Virus record (IMG/VR): IMGVR_UViG_3300031555_001762
DNA: 64,000 nucleotides
Strand: one strand, 5' to 3'
DNA from: a virus
Lineage: Duplodnaviria; Caudoviricetes
The notes under the pieces were generated by a model. The model was not told where the DNA came from. It searched no databases and was given only the letters and a program-made list of their open reading frames with translations. Shown piece by piece: positions 29,278 through 39,553 of this stretch. Position 1 is the first letter of the stretch, and each line of letters opens with the position of its first letter. The translations under genes were made by a program, and so were the position numbers.

Positions 29278-29745
29278 CTAGAATAATGTGTTAATATCAT
29301 CAATTGTGACGGTATCAATCTCGTCGTTTTCATTTGCGTCTGCGACTACAACATATGTGTTCGTTTCTTCGTCCCAGACAGATATTTCTTTTTCCGCTTT
29401 ATTCACATAAAGCGTTCCTGTTTTTGCTTGTCCCAACTCTGGCAGTTCTACGCCAATAAATACCATGTCCTCTGGCGGAGTGGTAATTTGAACCCATTCA
29501 TTGTCATAAAACCACAGAACAGCAGTTTCAATAACAAAGTAGTATCCATTGGCAGGAGTAGAAAGAGACGATCTTTCTAATTCCGTATCCAACTCCGTAA
29601 TCTGATTGTAAAAGACTCGCTTATCCTTAAAGTCAAACGCAATACGTCCTTTATCGCGAACGAAAATCATCTGACCGTTCTTGATAACAAGGTCTTTAAC
29701 TCTATCGGAGGTAGTTGCGACAATGTTAAAAGCAGCTTGAGCCAT
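29278..29745 (-). CDS. Fibre adaptor protein
   Basis: DL.IKNGQ.IF..D; ELPELG....LYV motif. Confidence 0.7.
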   Translation of the reverse strand: MAQAAFNIVATTSDRVKDLVIKNGQMIFVRDKGRIAFDFKDKRVFYNQITELDTELERSSLSTPANGYYFVIETAVLWFYDNEWVQITTPPEDMVFIGVELPELGQAKTGTLYVNKAEKEISVWDEETNTYVVVADANENDEIDTVTIDDINTLF

Positions 29746-29773
29746 ATTGTCTCACCTCCATCATCGAGACTAA

Positions 29774-30745
29774 CTAAAACTCAACTACGGGAATCTCTAC
29801 GATTTCCTCGATTTTAGCATCAACCTTCTCTTCTATTGTCTGCATTATATCTGCCACATAATAAGGCTCGACATTCAGATGACAATCCTCATTAGTCAGA
29901 TTAATGCGGATATAATCAGAAGCAATAACCACACCATCGGCATCATACCACTCTACTGCGTAATGTTTATGCGCATATTCATTAGCAGTGGATTCAGCAC
30001 CAAAGTACGTCCAAGTATCAGAAGCCTCATTATATTCAGCAACTGATAGCCAGCACACACTGTACTTGCGACCGTATTTGTCGATACCAGCGGAACTGTT
30101 GTTTTCGAAATACCACATAGTCTGGTCTTCGATAACTGGTTTAACGTCTTCCTTGAAGCTAACAGCACCTTCGGGAGCGTAAGCCCTAAAGGTGATGTAA
30201 TAGCGATTCGGAAGTCCGTTTGCACCAACATTCTGTTTGACAAACTGAGTACCAGCTGGAACCATTACGCGAATTTCCTTCTCGCGATAGTCTACGAGCG
30301 TACCCTTTGGCGTGTCGGTAATTTCGTACTTCCTAGACAGATATTTCGCATCTACTTCATCGGCATCGACTTTTTCGCCCATCGCTTCAACCAGCTCTTC
30401 AAGAGAAGAAGTCTTCTCTTCAAGAGCAACAAGACGTTCTTTGACATCGGTTAAATCCGTGCTTTCTGAAATGACAATGAACTTTTCGCCATTCCAAACA
30501 TAGACAATTTCTCCGACGATATAAATTACGCCAGTCTTGCCAGTTTCAGGCAGCTCGTCAACAATAAGAACGTCATCTTCTGGAATACTGACGATTTGTG
30601 GTACGCCATTTTTATCAACCCAACCGACACGAGCTACGCCATCGTCAATTAGACATAGCATATCAAACGCATCAACTCTGCCAGAATCAATAGCGTCTTG
30701 AAGTCCCGCCAATGAACCAAATGCAAATTTTGCCTTATCAGCCAT
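29774..30745 (-). CDS. Tail-associated protein
   Basis: VDELPETG.TGVIYIV...YVWNG motif, coiled coil, C-terminal beta domain. Confidence 0.7.
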   Translation of the reverse strand: MADKAKFAFGSLAGLQDAIDSGRVDAFDMLCLIDDGVARVGWVDKNGVPQIVSIPEDDVLIVDELPETGKTGVIYIVGEIVYVWNGEKFIVISESTDLTDVKERLVALEEKTSSLEELVEAMGEKVDADEVDAKYLSRKYEITDTPKGTLVDYREKEIRVMVPAGTQFVKQNVGANGLPNRYYITFRAYAPEGAVSFKEDVKPVIEDQTMWYFENNSSAGIDKYGRKYSVCWLSVAEYNEASDTWTYFGAESTANEYAHKHYAVEWYDADGVVIASDYIRINLTNEDCHLNVEPYYVADIMQTIEEKVDAKIEEIVEIPVVEF

Positions 30746-30789
30746 ACTCTCATCCTCCTTTACAATTTTCCGATGTTTTTACAACAATA

Positions 30790-30817
30790 TAAAAAGAGCC
30801 AGAATTAATCTGGCTCT
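30790..30817 (-). terminator. Rho-independent terminator
   Basis: AGAGCCAGA-TTAAT-TCTGGCTCT-TTTT on - strand. Confidence 0.8.
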
Positions 30818-30849
30818 AATTACCAAATATTAACAAGCACTTAAAATGC

Positions 30850-31281
30850 TCATTTTAATATGCTCAACTTATCATCTTCTACAACACCGAAACCATTGCA
30901 AAGCTTGATAACAGCATCTTTGTCAATTTCTTGACGAGAATATAAACGCTTCATTGAATCAACAAGAAGGGAGGAGTCGCCCACTATAAGCAAGCGGACG
31001 AACTCATCCATTACATCTTCTTTAGTTCCAAGCTCCAAAGCTTTTAAACGCCTATATTCATACTCGTCAATCTTATTAAGAACAACAGTTTCATATCCGT
31101 CAACGGGGATATCATACCAACCTTCAACATGCCAGATATAATTGCCATCAGATGATATCGTTGCCTGAGCGCCATCTTCTCCGCACAGTACCATACGGTT
31201 GTGCTTTTCCTGATATTTCAGACGTACAAGATTGTCAAGCACATCAATGACTTTGCCATTATAGACAACTTTATAGAACAT
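30850..31281 (-). CDS. Hypothetical tail-associated protein
   Basis: RBS AGGAGG; XkdX-like C-terminus (SMKRLY...I). Confidence 0.65.
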   Translation of the reverse strand: MFYKVVYNGKVIDVLDNLVRLKYQEKHNRMVLCGEDGAQATISSDGNYIWHVEGWYDIPVDGYETVVLNKIDEYEYRRLKALELGTKEDVMDEFVRLLIVGDSSLLVDSMKRLYSRQEIDKDAVIKLCNGFGVVEDDKLSILK

Positions 31282-31295
31282 ACTTCACAACCTCC

Positions 31296-34200
31296 TTACA
31301 ATGATATCTCTATTAAAACGCCAAGTTCTGTATTAGCCGCAGTGAACGAATATATACCACCAGCATTAGAAGAAGCGCTGCCATCACTGTCAACATACAA
31401 TGGATAGCGTGTATATCTGATGTCTGGAGTACGTAGCCAATAGTCTCCAGCTTCACCATTTTCATATGAACGAATTCTTGCAGAATTTGAAATCATATAG
31501 TTAATAGTTGGGTTATTGTTATATAACTCGTTCTTGTACTGGGTTTGATAACTATCAACATCATATGCAGATGGTATGTTAACAAAGCAACCAGATTCAG
31601 ATGTTGCATTGGTTGTGTTTCCAACATGAGAAGATACGGACACCTTCTTCATAATTGTCTTTATCTGACTAGGTATCGCATCATAGAATCTTGTATTCAA
31701 GAAATTGTTCAATACAGACGATGCCCAACCGCCAGCAACAGAATCGCTGTTGTTGTACTTCTTCTTGCAACCAAGCAGATTCTTTGCCAAGAGACTCATG
31801 GTGCTTTCCTTTGTAAAGTCATCATAAAGCGCATAACGATAGAAACCGCTTACTTCAAGAGCAATATTCTCATGAGTCCAACTTACAAGTTTCTTGCAGG
31901 CTTCTACGCCCAGATCCATATACCAAATCTTACACCAATTGATATCTCCAACGCAGTAATTCGAGAATCTTCCAGCATCGTTCTTTGCAGCGCCGAAAAC
32001 CAGCGTTGCGACATCTGATTGCGTTGTGGTAGATTTGTCTATTGTATATTCCGCTGTTGCGTTTGAAGATATGTTCGAAGTATATGCATAAAGCTTATTA
32101 TCCCCAGCGACATGTCTTATAACCAACATCTCTCTATTTCCGTAAGATGATGGAGTTATAGCAGAATCTCCCCATGATAAGGACGGGTTTGAATCACAAG
32201 ACAGTTTAAAGCCATTAGACCCACTGTTTTGGAAGCACTGCATTAACACTGTGCCAGATTGATTTCCAGAAGCAATTTCATAATCAATTGCGAGCACGAA
32301 ATCTCTATCTTCGTCAAACAATTTGATTCCAGTATCAAGATAGTTTGCACCATTGAAAACAGTCTTCTCAGATATTACTTCATTAGATTCAATATCATCG
32401 AAATCAATATCATATCCCATCGTAAATGAGAAATCATCGCCAGTCTGAATATTTGTTCCGCTTATAGTATTGCCGTTACAAGACAGAACTCCCATGTCAA
32501 CAAGTCTCATCAAGGCGTAAACTTCAACTGGTTTCATATCGATAAGTTCTTTATCTTCGAAATAACCATCGACATACTGGCAGTCATCGAATACGGCAGT
32601 AACAGTCTTATCGCCATCAACAATCCCGCTCTTATCCCATCTGTCGAAAAGATAGAAGTGAGTTGCGTCAAGAGTTTCACCCTTAGTATAAACAGGAGTT
32701 TCACCACTGTAAATAACATTAGAACCATATGGCGCTGTTGTTTCTTGTTTAACGTCAATCCTGTTATCCATATTCACAACATACTTAACAGTATATTCTC
32801 TAGTTGATTCGGTATAAATCGCCCTAACAGTTCTAGGAGCGCCTATTCTTGTAGTAGATAAATCAATATCCCATCCAGCATAAGCGTACTCAGTGCTAAC
32901 AGAGCTTTCCTTTGTTGGAACTGGAATAGGATTATCTTCTCTGGTTACAGGGTCTACGGCAAACATATTGTTGTCCACATACTGCACTTCAAGCACGGTT
33001 CCATCATCATTTACGAACGTTACTTCGTGCTGTTCTGTCACTTGTCCAGCTTCTATCGTTAAATCAGACCATACCTCATTGTAAGCATTTAATTTACTTT
33101 CTTTAATTACTGGGACGTAAACATATCCAGAAACAACTGATTGATCTGTGTTTCCGCCAGTATTAGTAACACCAGCTAAATTATACAGACGTTCAAGAAT
33201 CTCTGTATTTTCAAGCGTCCAATTAATTCCAGTTAACCTTACCTGATACAAATTAGGACTGCTATCGATAATACCAATTAAATTAAGCAATGAGTTCTCT
33301 GCAACTAACTTTGTCAAAGTATTATAGGAAGTTGCCTCAAACCCCTCATCTGTTAGATAGCTCAGATTCTTCATCTGCAAACTACCAATGGAGGGAATCT
33401 CTGCAATCTCGATATTTCCGCCGTCTGCAAAGATAACGCCGCTCACATTGGAGCCGAATGCGTAAAGCTCTTCAAGGTTCTTAAGGCCAGACAAGTCCAG
33501 TGAAGATGTAAGACCAGACATGTTCTGAATATCAAGCTTGTTAATCAATTCATTTGCACCCAATCCAAGCGTCATAGCGTTGGTATTGTTATAACCTTCA
33601 ACATTGCTGCCAAGAATAAGCTCTCTTATCTTAGTGGCATTGCTAAAGTCACCGTTAATTAGATAAGCGGCAGACAAATCGCCAATTGACTTAAGACAAG
33701 ATGCGCTGTAAATCTCGATAATGTCCGCAAGTTCTGCATTATATTCGATATTATATTCCACATTGGGAACCGCACGAATCTTAACTGGCGGTGCGGTATT
33801 GTACTTGACGTTCAGGTAAACATGAGAATACGGAGTCAAGCTAATATCAAAGTTTGCGGGAACAGCAAGCGTTGTGTTGGGTACAGAACAGCGAAGAACA
33901 ATGTCATCGGCAGATGCGACAGTGCCGCCGAATTTAGATGACATGTACTTTTCCTGATTCTTTTCGAATTGAGCGCGTTGCGTCTTTTTACGACCGTTAG
34001 CTCTTTCCTTTAAGAACTCAGGTTTAGCAGCGCCATTGATAAATGACTTAGTATAAGTACGGATGTACTTTCTTTCTGTATCGATACGCCAAACTTCTTC
34101 TGGGAACTGAGCTTGCCATTCGTTGAACTGGTTAATCAAACCAGTTGCACTCCAAGCACCTCTTGACTCAAGAGAGGTATAAAGTTCGCACAGTTCTGCG

Positions 34201-37200
34201 TCGAACAGTTTGCGAAGCCTTAAGAAGAACACGTGCTGAGGACAATTCCAAACCCAGTCAGAAGTTCCGTCAACATAGTCAATTTCCTCATAACCATATC
34301 GATAAGTCATACGACCATAGTTGTCGATACCCAAGCTTGTGTCGTTGTCATAATCGAAGCACAAATCCCATTTGCGAATCTGATTGCCTTCTGCATCGCG
34401 GTCATTTGATTTACCATAATGCCAGAAAGAGTTTTTAGCGTGATTGTCCGTCATAGTATAACGAAGAGTAAAGAGGTAATAATACATGACAGAATCAAGC
34501 ACAACATAATCTCCGAGCTGAGCTTTGAACTCTTCGTCAGTAGAAGTAACAACGAACCTGTAGAACTCGCGCCACTTATCAATAACTGCCTGTCGATATT
34601 GCTCGTTTTCTTCATCTGTTCCATCTTCGTAAATATACCTCATACCATATGTGTCATCGAGACCATTAGGCTTAATGAACTCGCCAGTCTCAGGGTCTTT
34701 GCCACCAGTCTCATCGAACAGGTCTGCATACAGACTGTCGTAAGCACTGTTACCAGCAGTCCATTCAGATGGATCAATCGGATATATTGGAGCGCCATTC
34801 TCGTCAACCTTTCCAGTAGGCATACTTGAGTTAGGCAGCGTATTATCCATAACCTCGATAATGCACTCATAAGGGTCATCTGGGTCTGTTAAACGAGTAT
34901 CGTCGGTCTTCTTAGAGTCACCGATATTACCAAGAGCATAATAATGCCATTCATTATCTGCAAACTCTACGTGAGTTGATAAATCAGTATCGCTTTCCTT
35001 GATGAAGATAACGCAGTTTTGGAACTCCATAGTGTCCTTGATATAAGGAATAATAGACTCATCTTCGCGAACGAATGGACGCTTATATGGATTATACTGA
35101 TTATATCTCTTAGCCAACAAAGCATTGTTTGCATTCTCAGAAGAAGCGATATTTACCTTCACGTTGAAGTAATTTACTGGAATGGATTCTCTTGTTAGAG
35201 AAACCTTGTTCGTCTGAGAACCATCGCCAAGAACAATATAAGGAGCGTTTCCGTAATCCTTATAAGGTTTGATGATGATATCTAGGTTTCTACCAGCTGC
35301 ACCATAGTTATTCGAAGACGTACCTTGACCAGAGTGTACGACATCATAGGCAACCCAGTTATCGTAAATTGGATCGCCGTTCTTATAGATGCACTCTACA
35401 ATAGAGGGTATATTCGCATCGTATACCTTATCATCTTTGTCCGCCGTGAAGTGTGGAACCTCAATCTTAATAATCCTCAAATCAGGACACATCTCAGCCA
35501 GATAATCTGGATCTAGAATGCCTTCTTTGTAAATCTGGTTACGATCATAACGAGCAATCATTTCCTCTGCGCTACGAGCATCGGCAATGAAATTATTCAA
35601 AATATCTCTATCGGATAGAGATGTATTGTAGACTTTGAATCTATAGATATACAAATCACAATCAGCAGAACCAAGAGATATAATTTCTCTATGTCCAATT
35701 TGCTGCTGGAAGTCATGCGTATCATCGTAAACTAATGGTCTGGTTGAAACGCCGTCTTCATATCCCATAACCATAGAAGGAATTTCATTGGAGGCGCTGA
35801 TATTGAACTCAAACTCAATAACCTCTTCTTCGGCATAGGGGAGAGGGAGGTTTTCAGTTTTGGCATAAATCCTAGCTTCTTGAGGTCTCATTTCAATGCC
35901 TATCTTACCAGTGCCAGTTGGGTCACTAGCGCAAGATAAGAACATCGTATCTGCATTGGCAACGTTTTTAGTTTTGAATATAAGCTTAAACTGCTTGCCA
36001 TTTGCCTTCGCATCATCTCCGAACAGCTCATAATTGATTTCGGCAGAAGTGCCAGCCTTAATACAGAAGCATTGATCTCCGTTTTCATCAATCTGATATC
36101 CGCCATTTGTCCAGTCGAAATTGTCAGATACAGACATGGCGATGTCTCCATTAGACCAAATACGATTTTCATCATCATTAGAGTAACCAACGGGATTGAA
36201 GTCAAATACCAAACCAGCAGTAATAGGGGAGACGTTGATGCCAAGTTCTACAATTGTGGCAATCAAGGTCTTAACGGTCTCACCGCAGGTAATGGTAAGG
36301 GTATGTTCGCCAATAACATCAGCCTTAAACTGCCACGTAGCAGTATTGGAAGACATCGTAATATTGGAATTATATTCTTCAACTGTTTCGCCGTCTTCGT
36401 TTACATATGTAGACCTAAGTTCAACACTTGGGGTCTCAGTTGATGGGTCATAAACAGTATAGGTAATGTTGGTTGCCTCATATTGACGAGCGGTAAATGT
36501 CTGGTATACTGTGCTAATTACAGGAATATCAGAATTTTCGTCATACCAAATAACATCTTTTATAATATGATTAGATTCAATGGATTTCCCATTGATTTCA
36601 GCAGTCATGTAAATCTCGAACAAATGAGTGCCATGTTCTTGAGCTGGAATAGTATATGAATCTGATAAACCAGCAGCGGCAGTAGAACTTGTTTTAGTTG
36701 CAATTTCCTCACCATCAAGCAGGAAATGAACGGTTTTATCAACGCCGCCATATGGAGTGAATGTAAAGTTAACTGATTGCCCAGCAACATTCACTTTTGC
36801 ATCATCGAAATTGGATTCTAGCCTTACATCGACAACCTTAACAGTCCATGCCTTAGTAGCAACAGCACCAGTGGCATGTGTAATTGTAAGCAGAACCTTG
36901 TTATCGCCAACGCTTACATATTCAGTTAAATCAAATTCGCATATGCCAGTTGAAACATCTTCGGTTGCAACAACACGATTGCCAACTTTCCAAGATGCAA
37001 CGCCGTCAAGGTTTGTATCGCCAGCAGAGTCCTCTCCAGAGAAGTCATACTTAACAATTACAGGCTCATTGACTGTGGAAACAAGAGGGGTGTTATATCC
37101 ATCTACATAGGCAATGCGCAACACTACGCTGCCGCCACCACCGCCACCACCAGCAATTTGGAATCTGTCTTGAACTTCTCTGACTCCATTTTCCGTCTTC

Positions 37201-38681
37201 CAAAGGGTAAACATGTATTCTGCTGTACTGCCATCGTCTAGTTCAATATCTCCATATGTTGCATCGTATGTAATACGAGGAGACTTATCGATTCCAGCAA
37301 GCTCCTGATTAATAGTTGCAACGGCAGTGTTAAGAGAGGTAATGCTAGAAGTATTAGTAGAAACAGAAGAAGAGAGCGCTCCAACCTTATTATCGACATA
37401 TGTTTCTGTTGCATATCCAGTAATATCAACCTTGACATTACCAAGGGCAGTGTCAACTTCTGATTTAGAATATGTTTCTGATTTAGTATAGTAATCATTT
37501 AGCTTGCTAGAAATATCTGCATCGGCAATAGCTTCAGCAACATATTCTTTATTCGCATACCCATCAAGCTGCTCAGATACATCAACAGAATCAACCTTGT
37601 AATCAATATAATCAATCACATTTACAACTTCAATAAGATTGCCATCCTCATCTGCTTCTGGAATAGTTCCAACATATTCAACAGTTGCATACTTTTCCAA
37701 ATCGGCATTGGCAATTGCATCATCAACATAAGATTCCGTAGCATAATCAGCATCGTTTTCCAGTTCGCTTACGTTAACTGGCAGGTCTGTTAGCTTGGCA
37801 TAATCAACCAAAGTGCTTTCAACATCTTCGCTCTTTGCATATTCACCCATGCCTTCAGCAACTTTTTTAGTTACAATAGTGTCAATTTCACCTTCGAGAA
37901 CTTTGACTGCATCATCGATAGCCGCGTCAACCTTGGTAAGAGCTGCGCTTGCATCACTTGCGGCAGTTGCAGCTTGCGAAGCATAAAGCAGTGCATTGTT
38001 TGATGCTGTCTGTGCCGAGCTTAAAATCTTATTTGCTTCGTTAAAGAAGTCTGTTTGCCAACCTTCATCTGGTTCAATAATCTCATCATACTCCAACGCC
38101 TGAAGCACATCGATTTCACCAGAACGACTCTTCCAAACATATGAGGATGACATGCCAGAATCCGAAGTGATATACCCTCTTGCCTGAATTTCGAATTTAA
38201 CCTTGCCAGCATATCTGGTAACGCCGCTGTCAACAAGCCAAGCAAAATAGACATATGCATCATCGTAAGATACATTTACTGGAGCGGCAGCAGAACCAGA
38301 ACCAATTTCATTCACCCAATATACAGATAGCGTTGCATCTTTTAAATCATATCCATCATAATACCTCGGCATTTTAAATGGTATGTACTGTGAATTAGAT
38401 TCTTGCGTCAAGTTGATTTGACCATCTGAAAGTTTTACGTTTTTATTCTCATCAATTGTAGAAACTCTATTATCAACTAAGTTAGAATAAGATTCATATT
38501 TGGTGTCATATTCTACACCGCTATAAGCCGCAATCATATCACCTTCATCGGCTGTTGCAATGCCATAATTCAGCGTCATAACAGAGGTATTATCTGCTAC
38601 GGCAGGCATAGCAGCAACCGCAGCAGCGGCTTTGCTTTCTGCTTTTGCGGCTTTAAGAGAATCTTCGAAAGATAAAGCCAT
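31296..38681 (-). CDS. Giant multidomain virion protein: BppU-like N-terminus, Ig-like and LamG-like regions, CotH-like kinase domain, LRR, InlB-like repeats, DUF6273-like C-terminus
   Basis: IPFKMPRYYDGYDL..G.VKFEIQA; QGTSS..Y, TDNHAKN, DYDNDTSLG; LDLSGLKNLEELYA; GGW..S.L..FLN...YWLRTP. Confidence 0.8.
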   Translation of the reverse strand: MALSFEDSLKAAKAESKAAAAVAAMPAVADNTSVMTLNYGIATADEGDMIAAYSGVEYDTKYESYSNLVDNRVSTIDENKNVKLSDGQINLTQESNSQYIPFKMPRYYDGYDLKDATLSVYWVNEIGSGSAAAPVNVSYDDAYVYFAWLVDSGVTRYAGKVKFEIQARGYITSDSGMSSSYVWKSRSGEIDVLQALEYDEIIEPDEGWQTDFFNEANKILSSAQTASNNALLYASQAATAASDASAALTKVDAAIDDAVKVLEGEIDTIVTKKVAEGMGEYAKSEDVESTLVDYAKLTDLPVNVSELENDADYATESYVDDAIANADLEKYATVEYVGTIPEADEDGNLIEVVNVIDYIDYKVDSVDVSEQLDGYANKEYVAEAIADADISSKLNDYYTKSETYSKSEVDTALGNVKVDITGYATETYVDNKVGALSSSVSTNTSSITSLNTAVATINQELAGIDKSPRITYDATYGDIELDDGSTAEYMFTLWKTENGVREVQDRFQIAGGGGGGGSVVLRIAYVDGYNTPLVSTVNEPVIVKYDFSGEDSAGDTNLDGVASWKVGNRVVATEDVSTGICEFDLTEYVSVGDNKVLLTITHATGAVATKAWTVKVVDVRLESNFDDAKVNVAGQSVNFTFTPYGGVDKTVHFLLDGEEIATKTSSTAAAGLSDSYTIPAQEHGTHLFEIYMTAEINGKSIESNHIIKDVIWYDENSDIPVISTVYQTFTARQYEATNITYTVYDPSTETPSVELRSTYVNEDGETVEEYNSNITMSSNTATWQFKADVIGEHTLTITCGETVKTLIATIVELGINVSPITAGLVFDFNPVGYSNDDENRIWSNGDIAMSVSDNFDWTNGGYQIDENGDQCFCIKAGTSAEINYELFGDDAKANGKQFKLIFKTKNVANADTMFLSCASDPTGTGKIGIEMRPQEARIYAKTENLPLPYAEEEVIEFEFNISASNEIPSMVMGYEDGVSTRPLVYDDTHDFQQQIGHREIISLGSADCDLYIYRFKVYNTSLSDRDILNNFIADARSAEEMIARYDRNQIYKEGILDPDYLAEMCPDLRIIKIEVPHFTADKDDKVYDANIPSIVECIYKNGDPIYDNWVAYDVVHSGQGTSSNNYGAAGRNLDIIIKPYKDYGNAPYIVLGDGSQTNKVSLTRESIPVNYFNVKVNIASSENANNALLAKRYNQYNPYKRPFVREDESIIPYIKDTMEFQNCVIFIKESDTDLSTHVEFADNEWHYYALGNIGDSKKTDDTRLTDPDDPYECIIEVMDNTLPNSSMPTGKVDENGAPIYPIDPSEWTAGNSAYDSLYADLFDETGGKDPETGEFIKPNGLDDTYGMRYIYEDGTDEENEQYRQAVIDKWREFYRFVVTSTDEEFKAQLGDYVVLDSVMYYYLFTLRYTMTDNHAKNSFWHYGKSNDRDAEGNQIRKWDLCFDYDNDTSLGIDNYGRMTYRYGYEEIDYVDGTSDWVWNCPQHVFFLRLRKLFDAELCELYTSLESRGAWSATGLINQFNEWQAQFPEEVWRIDTERKYIRTYTKSFINGAAKPEFLKERANGRKKTQRAQFEKNQEKYMSSKFGGTVASADDIVLRCSVPNTTLAVPANFDISLTPYSHVYLNVKYNTAPPVKIRAVPNVEYNIEYNAELADIIEIYSASCLKSIGDLSAAYLINGDFSNATKIRELILGSNVEGYNNTNAMTLGLGANELINKLDIQNMSGLTSSLDLSGLKNLEELYAFGSNVSGVIFADGGNIEIAEIPSIGSLQMKNLSYLTDEGFEATSYNTLTKLVAENSLLNLIGIIDSSPNLYQVRLTGINWTLENTEILERLYNLAGVTNTGGNTDQSVVSGYVYVPVIKESKLNAYNEVWSDLTIEAGQVTEQHEVTFVNDDGTVLEVQYVDNNMFAVDPVTREDNPIPVPTKESSVSTEYAYAGWDIDLSTTRIGAPRTVRAIYTESTREYTVKYVVNMDNRIDVKQETTAPYGSNVIYSGETPVYTKGETLDATHFYLFDRWDKSGIVDGDKTVTAVFDDCQYVDGYFEDKELIDMKPVEVYALMRLVDMGVLSCNGNTISGTNIQTGDDFSFTMGYDIDFDDIESNEVISEKTVFNGANYLDTGIKLFDEDRDFVLAIDYEIASGNQSGTVLMQCFQNSGSNGFKLSCDSNPSLSWGDSAITPSSYGNREMLVIRHVAGDNKLYAYTSNISSNATAEYTIDKSTTTQSDVATLVFGAAKNDAGRFSNYCVGDINWCKIWYMDLGVEACKKLVSWTHENIALEVSGFYRYALYDDFTKESTMSLLAKNLLGCKKKYNNSDSVAGGWASSVLNNFLNTRFYDAIPSQIKTIMKKVSVSSHVGNTTNATSESGCFVNIPSAYDVDSYQTQYKNELYNNNPTINYMISNSARIRSYENGEAGDYWLRTPDIRYTRYPLYVDSDGSASSNAGGIYSFTAANTELGVLIEISL

Positions 38682-38716
38682 AGGTTTACCTCCTTACATT
38701 TATCAATCTATTAATA

Positions 38717-39508
38717 TTAAAACTGTACAACGTTGTCTTCGTTTTCTTCAGAATCCTCTGATTCAACATAAGAGAACTCAACAACGTTATCTTCGCAATT
38801 ACAATCATCACAGTTGCAACCGTTATTATGGTTTGGCTTGTCAGTAGAACCAGATCCAGAATTGGAATCAGATTCAAAATCAATTACTGGAATGCCATCA
38901 TCTATCATATCTCTTACAGATATAGCATCGCCAACGGTCTTATCGCCAGCCATAAGCTGAAGCGTTTCAAGTTTCTCATCGTACTTGAGATTGTCCACAT
39001 GATTGCCAACGCCAACCTGAGAATAGTAGCCAAGCTCGTTAATCTGAGCCTGAGTCTTAATAATTCTTTGGTCAATTGCTGAAAGAGCGCTGTCTGGGAT
39101 AATATCGCTCCATGCTGCAATAGGAGTAATATGAAGCTTTCCAGCCTTTGTTTTACGAACTTTTTGAACGCCGTTCCCATCTGCGTCTAGACCAACATAG
39201 ATAAATGTAAGTTGTAACTGAATATCTCCAGCTTCAGAACTTAGATTTGTGTCAAATGGAACTCTGTATAGCAAATATTCCTCGTATCCTTCTACGTCCT
39301 GAACAAGCTCAAGAGTATGATACTCTTTGGATACAGGCAGAATATATTCCAAAATAACATTGAACAACTTCATATCATTTTCAGAAGTCTTATATTCGGG
39401 TGCAACTAAGAAATTTATCTCATCTACAAGCTTTGATCTTTGCATAATCACTTCGCGTCGTGAAGCGAATAAAGAATTGTCTTCTTCTAAAAGAAATGTA
39501 TATGCCAT
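38717..39508 (-). CDS. BppU-like baseplate protein
   Basis: IMQRSKLVD, LEYILP, AGDIQLQLTF; acidic tail with repeated NVV(E/Q)F; start moved to ATG 39508. Confidence 0.65.
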   Translation of the reverse strand: MAYTFLLEEDNSLFASRREVIMQRSKLVDEINFLVAPEYKTSENDMKLFNVILEYILPVSKEYHTLELVQDVEGYEEYLLYRVPFDTNLSSEAGDIQLQLTFIYVGLDADGNGVQKVRKTKAGKLHITPIAAWSDIIPDSALSAIDQRIIKTQAQINELGYYSQVGVGNHVDNLKYDEKLETLQLMAGDKTVGDAISVRDMIDDGIPVIDFESDSNSGSGSTDKPNHNNGCNCDDCNCEDNVVEFSYVESEDSEENEDNVVQF

Positions 39509-39553
39509 AATTATTTTCACCTCGCTTCATTTATTATGTTAAATATAATATAT

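Noticed and set aside
13438-30745. Shufflon-type inverted tail-fibre cassettes
   Set aside because: All fibre genes are co-oriented with their own RBS and start; no inverted silent cassettes
13438-38681. Diversity-generating retroelement acting on fibre tips
   Set aside because: No reverse transcriptase and no ~100-bp TR/VR pair differing only at adenines in this window; an RT elsewhere cannot be excluded
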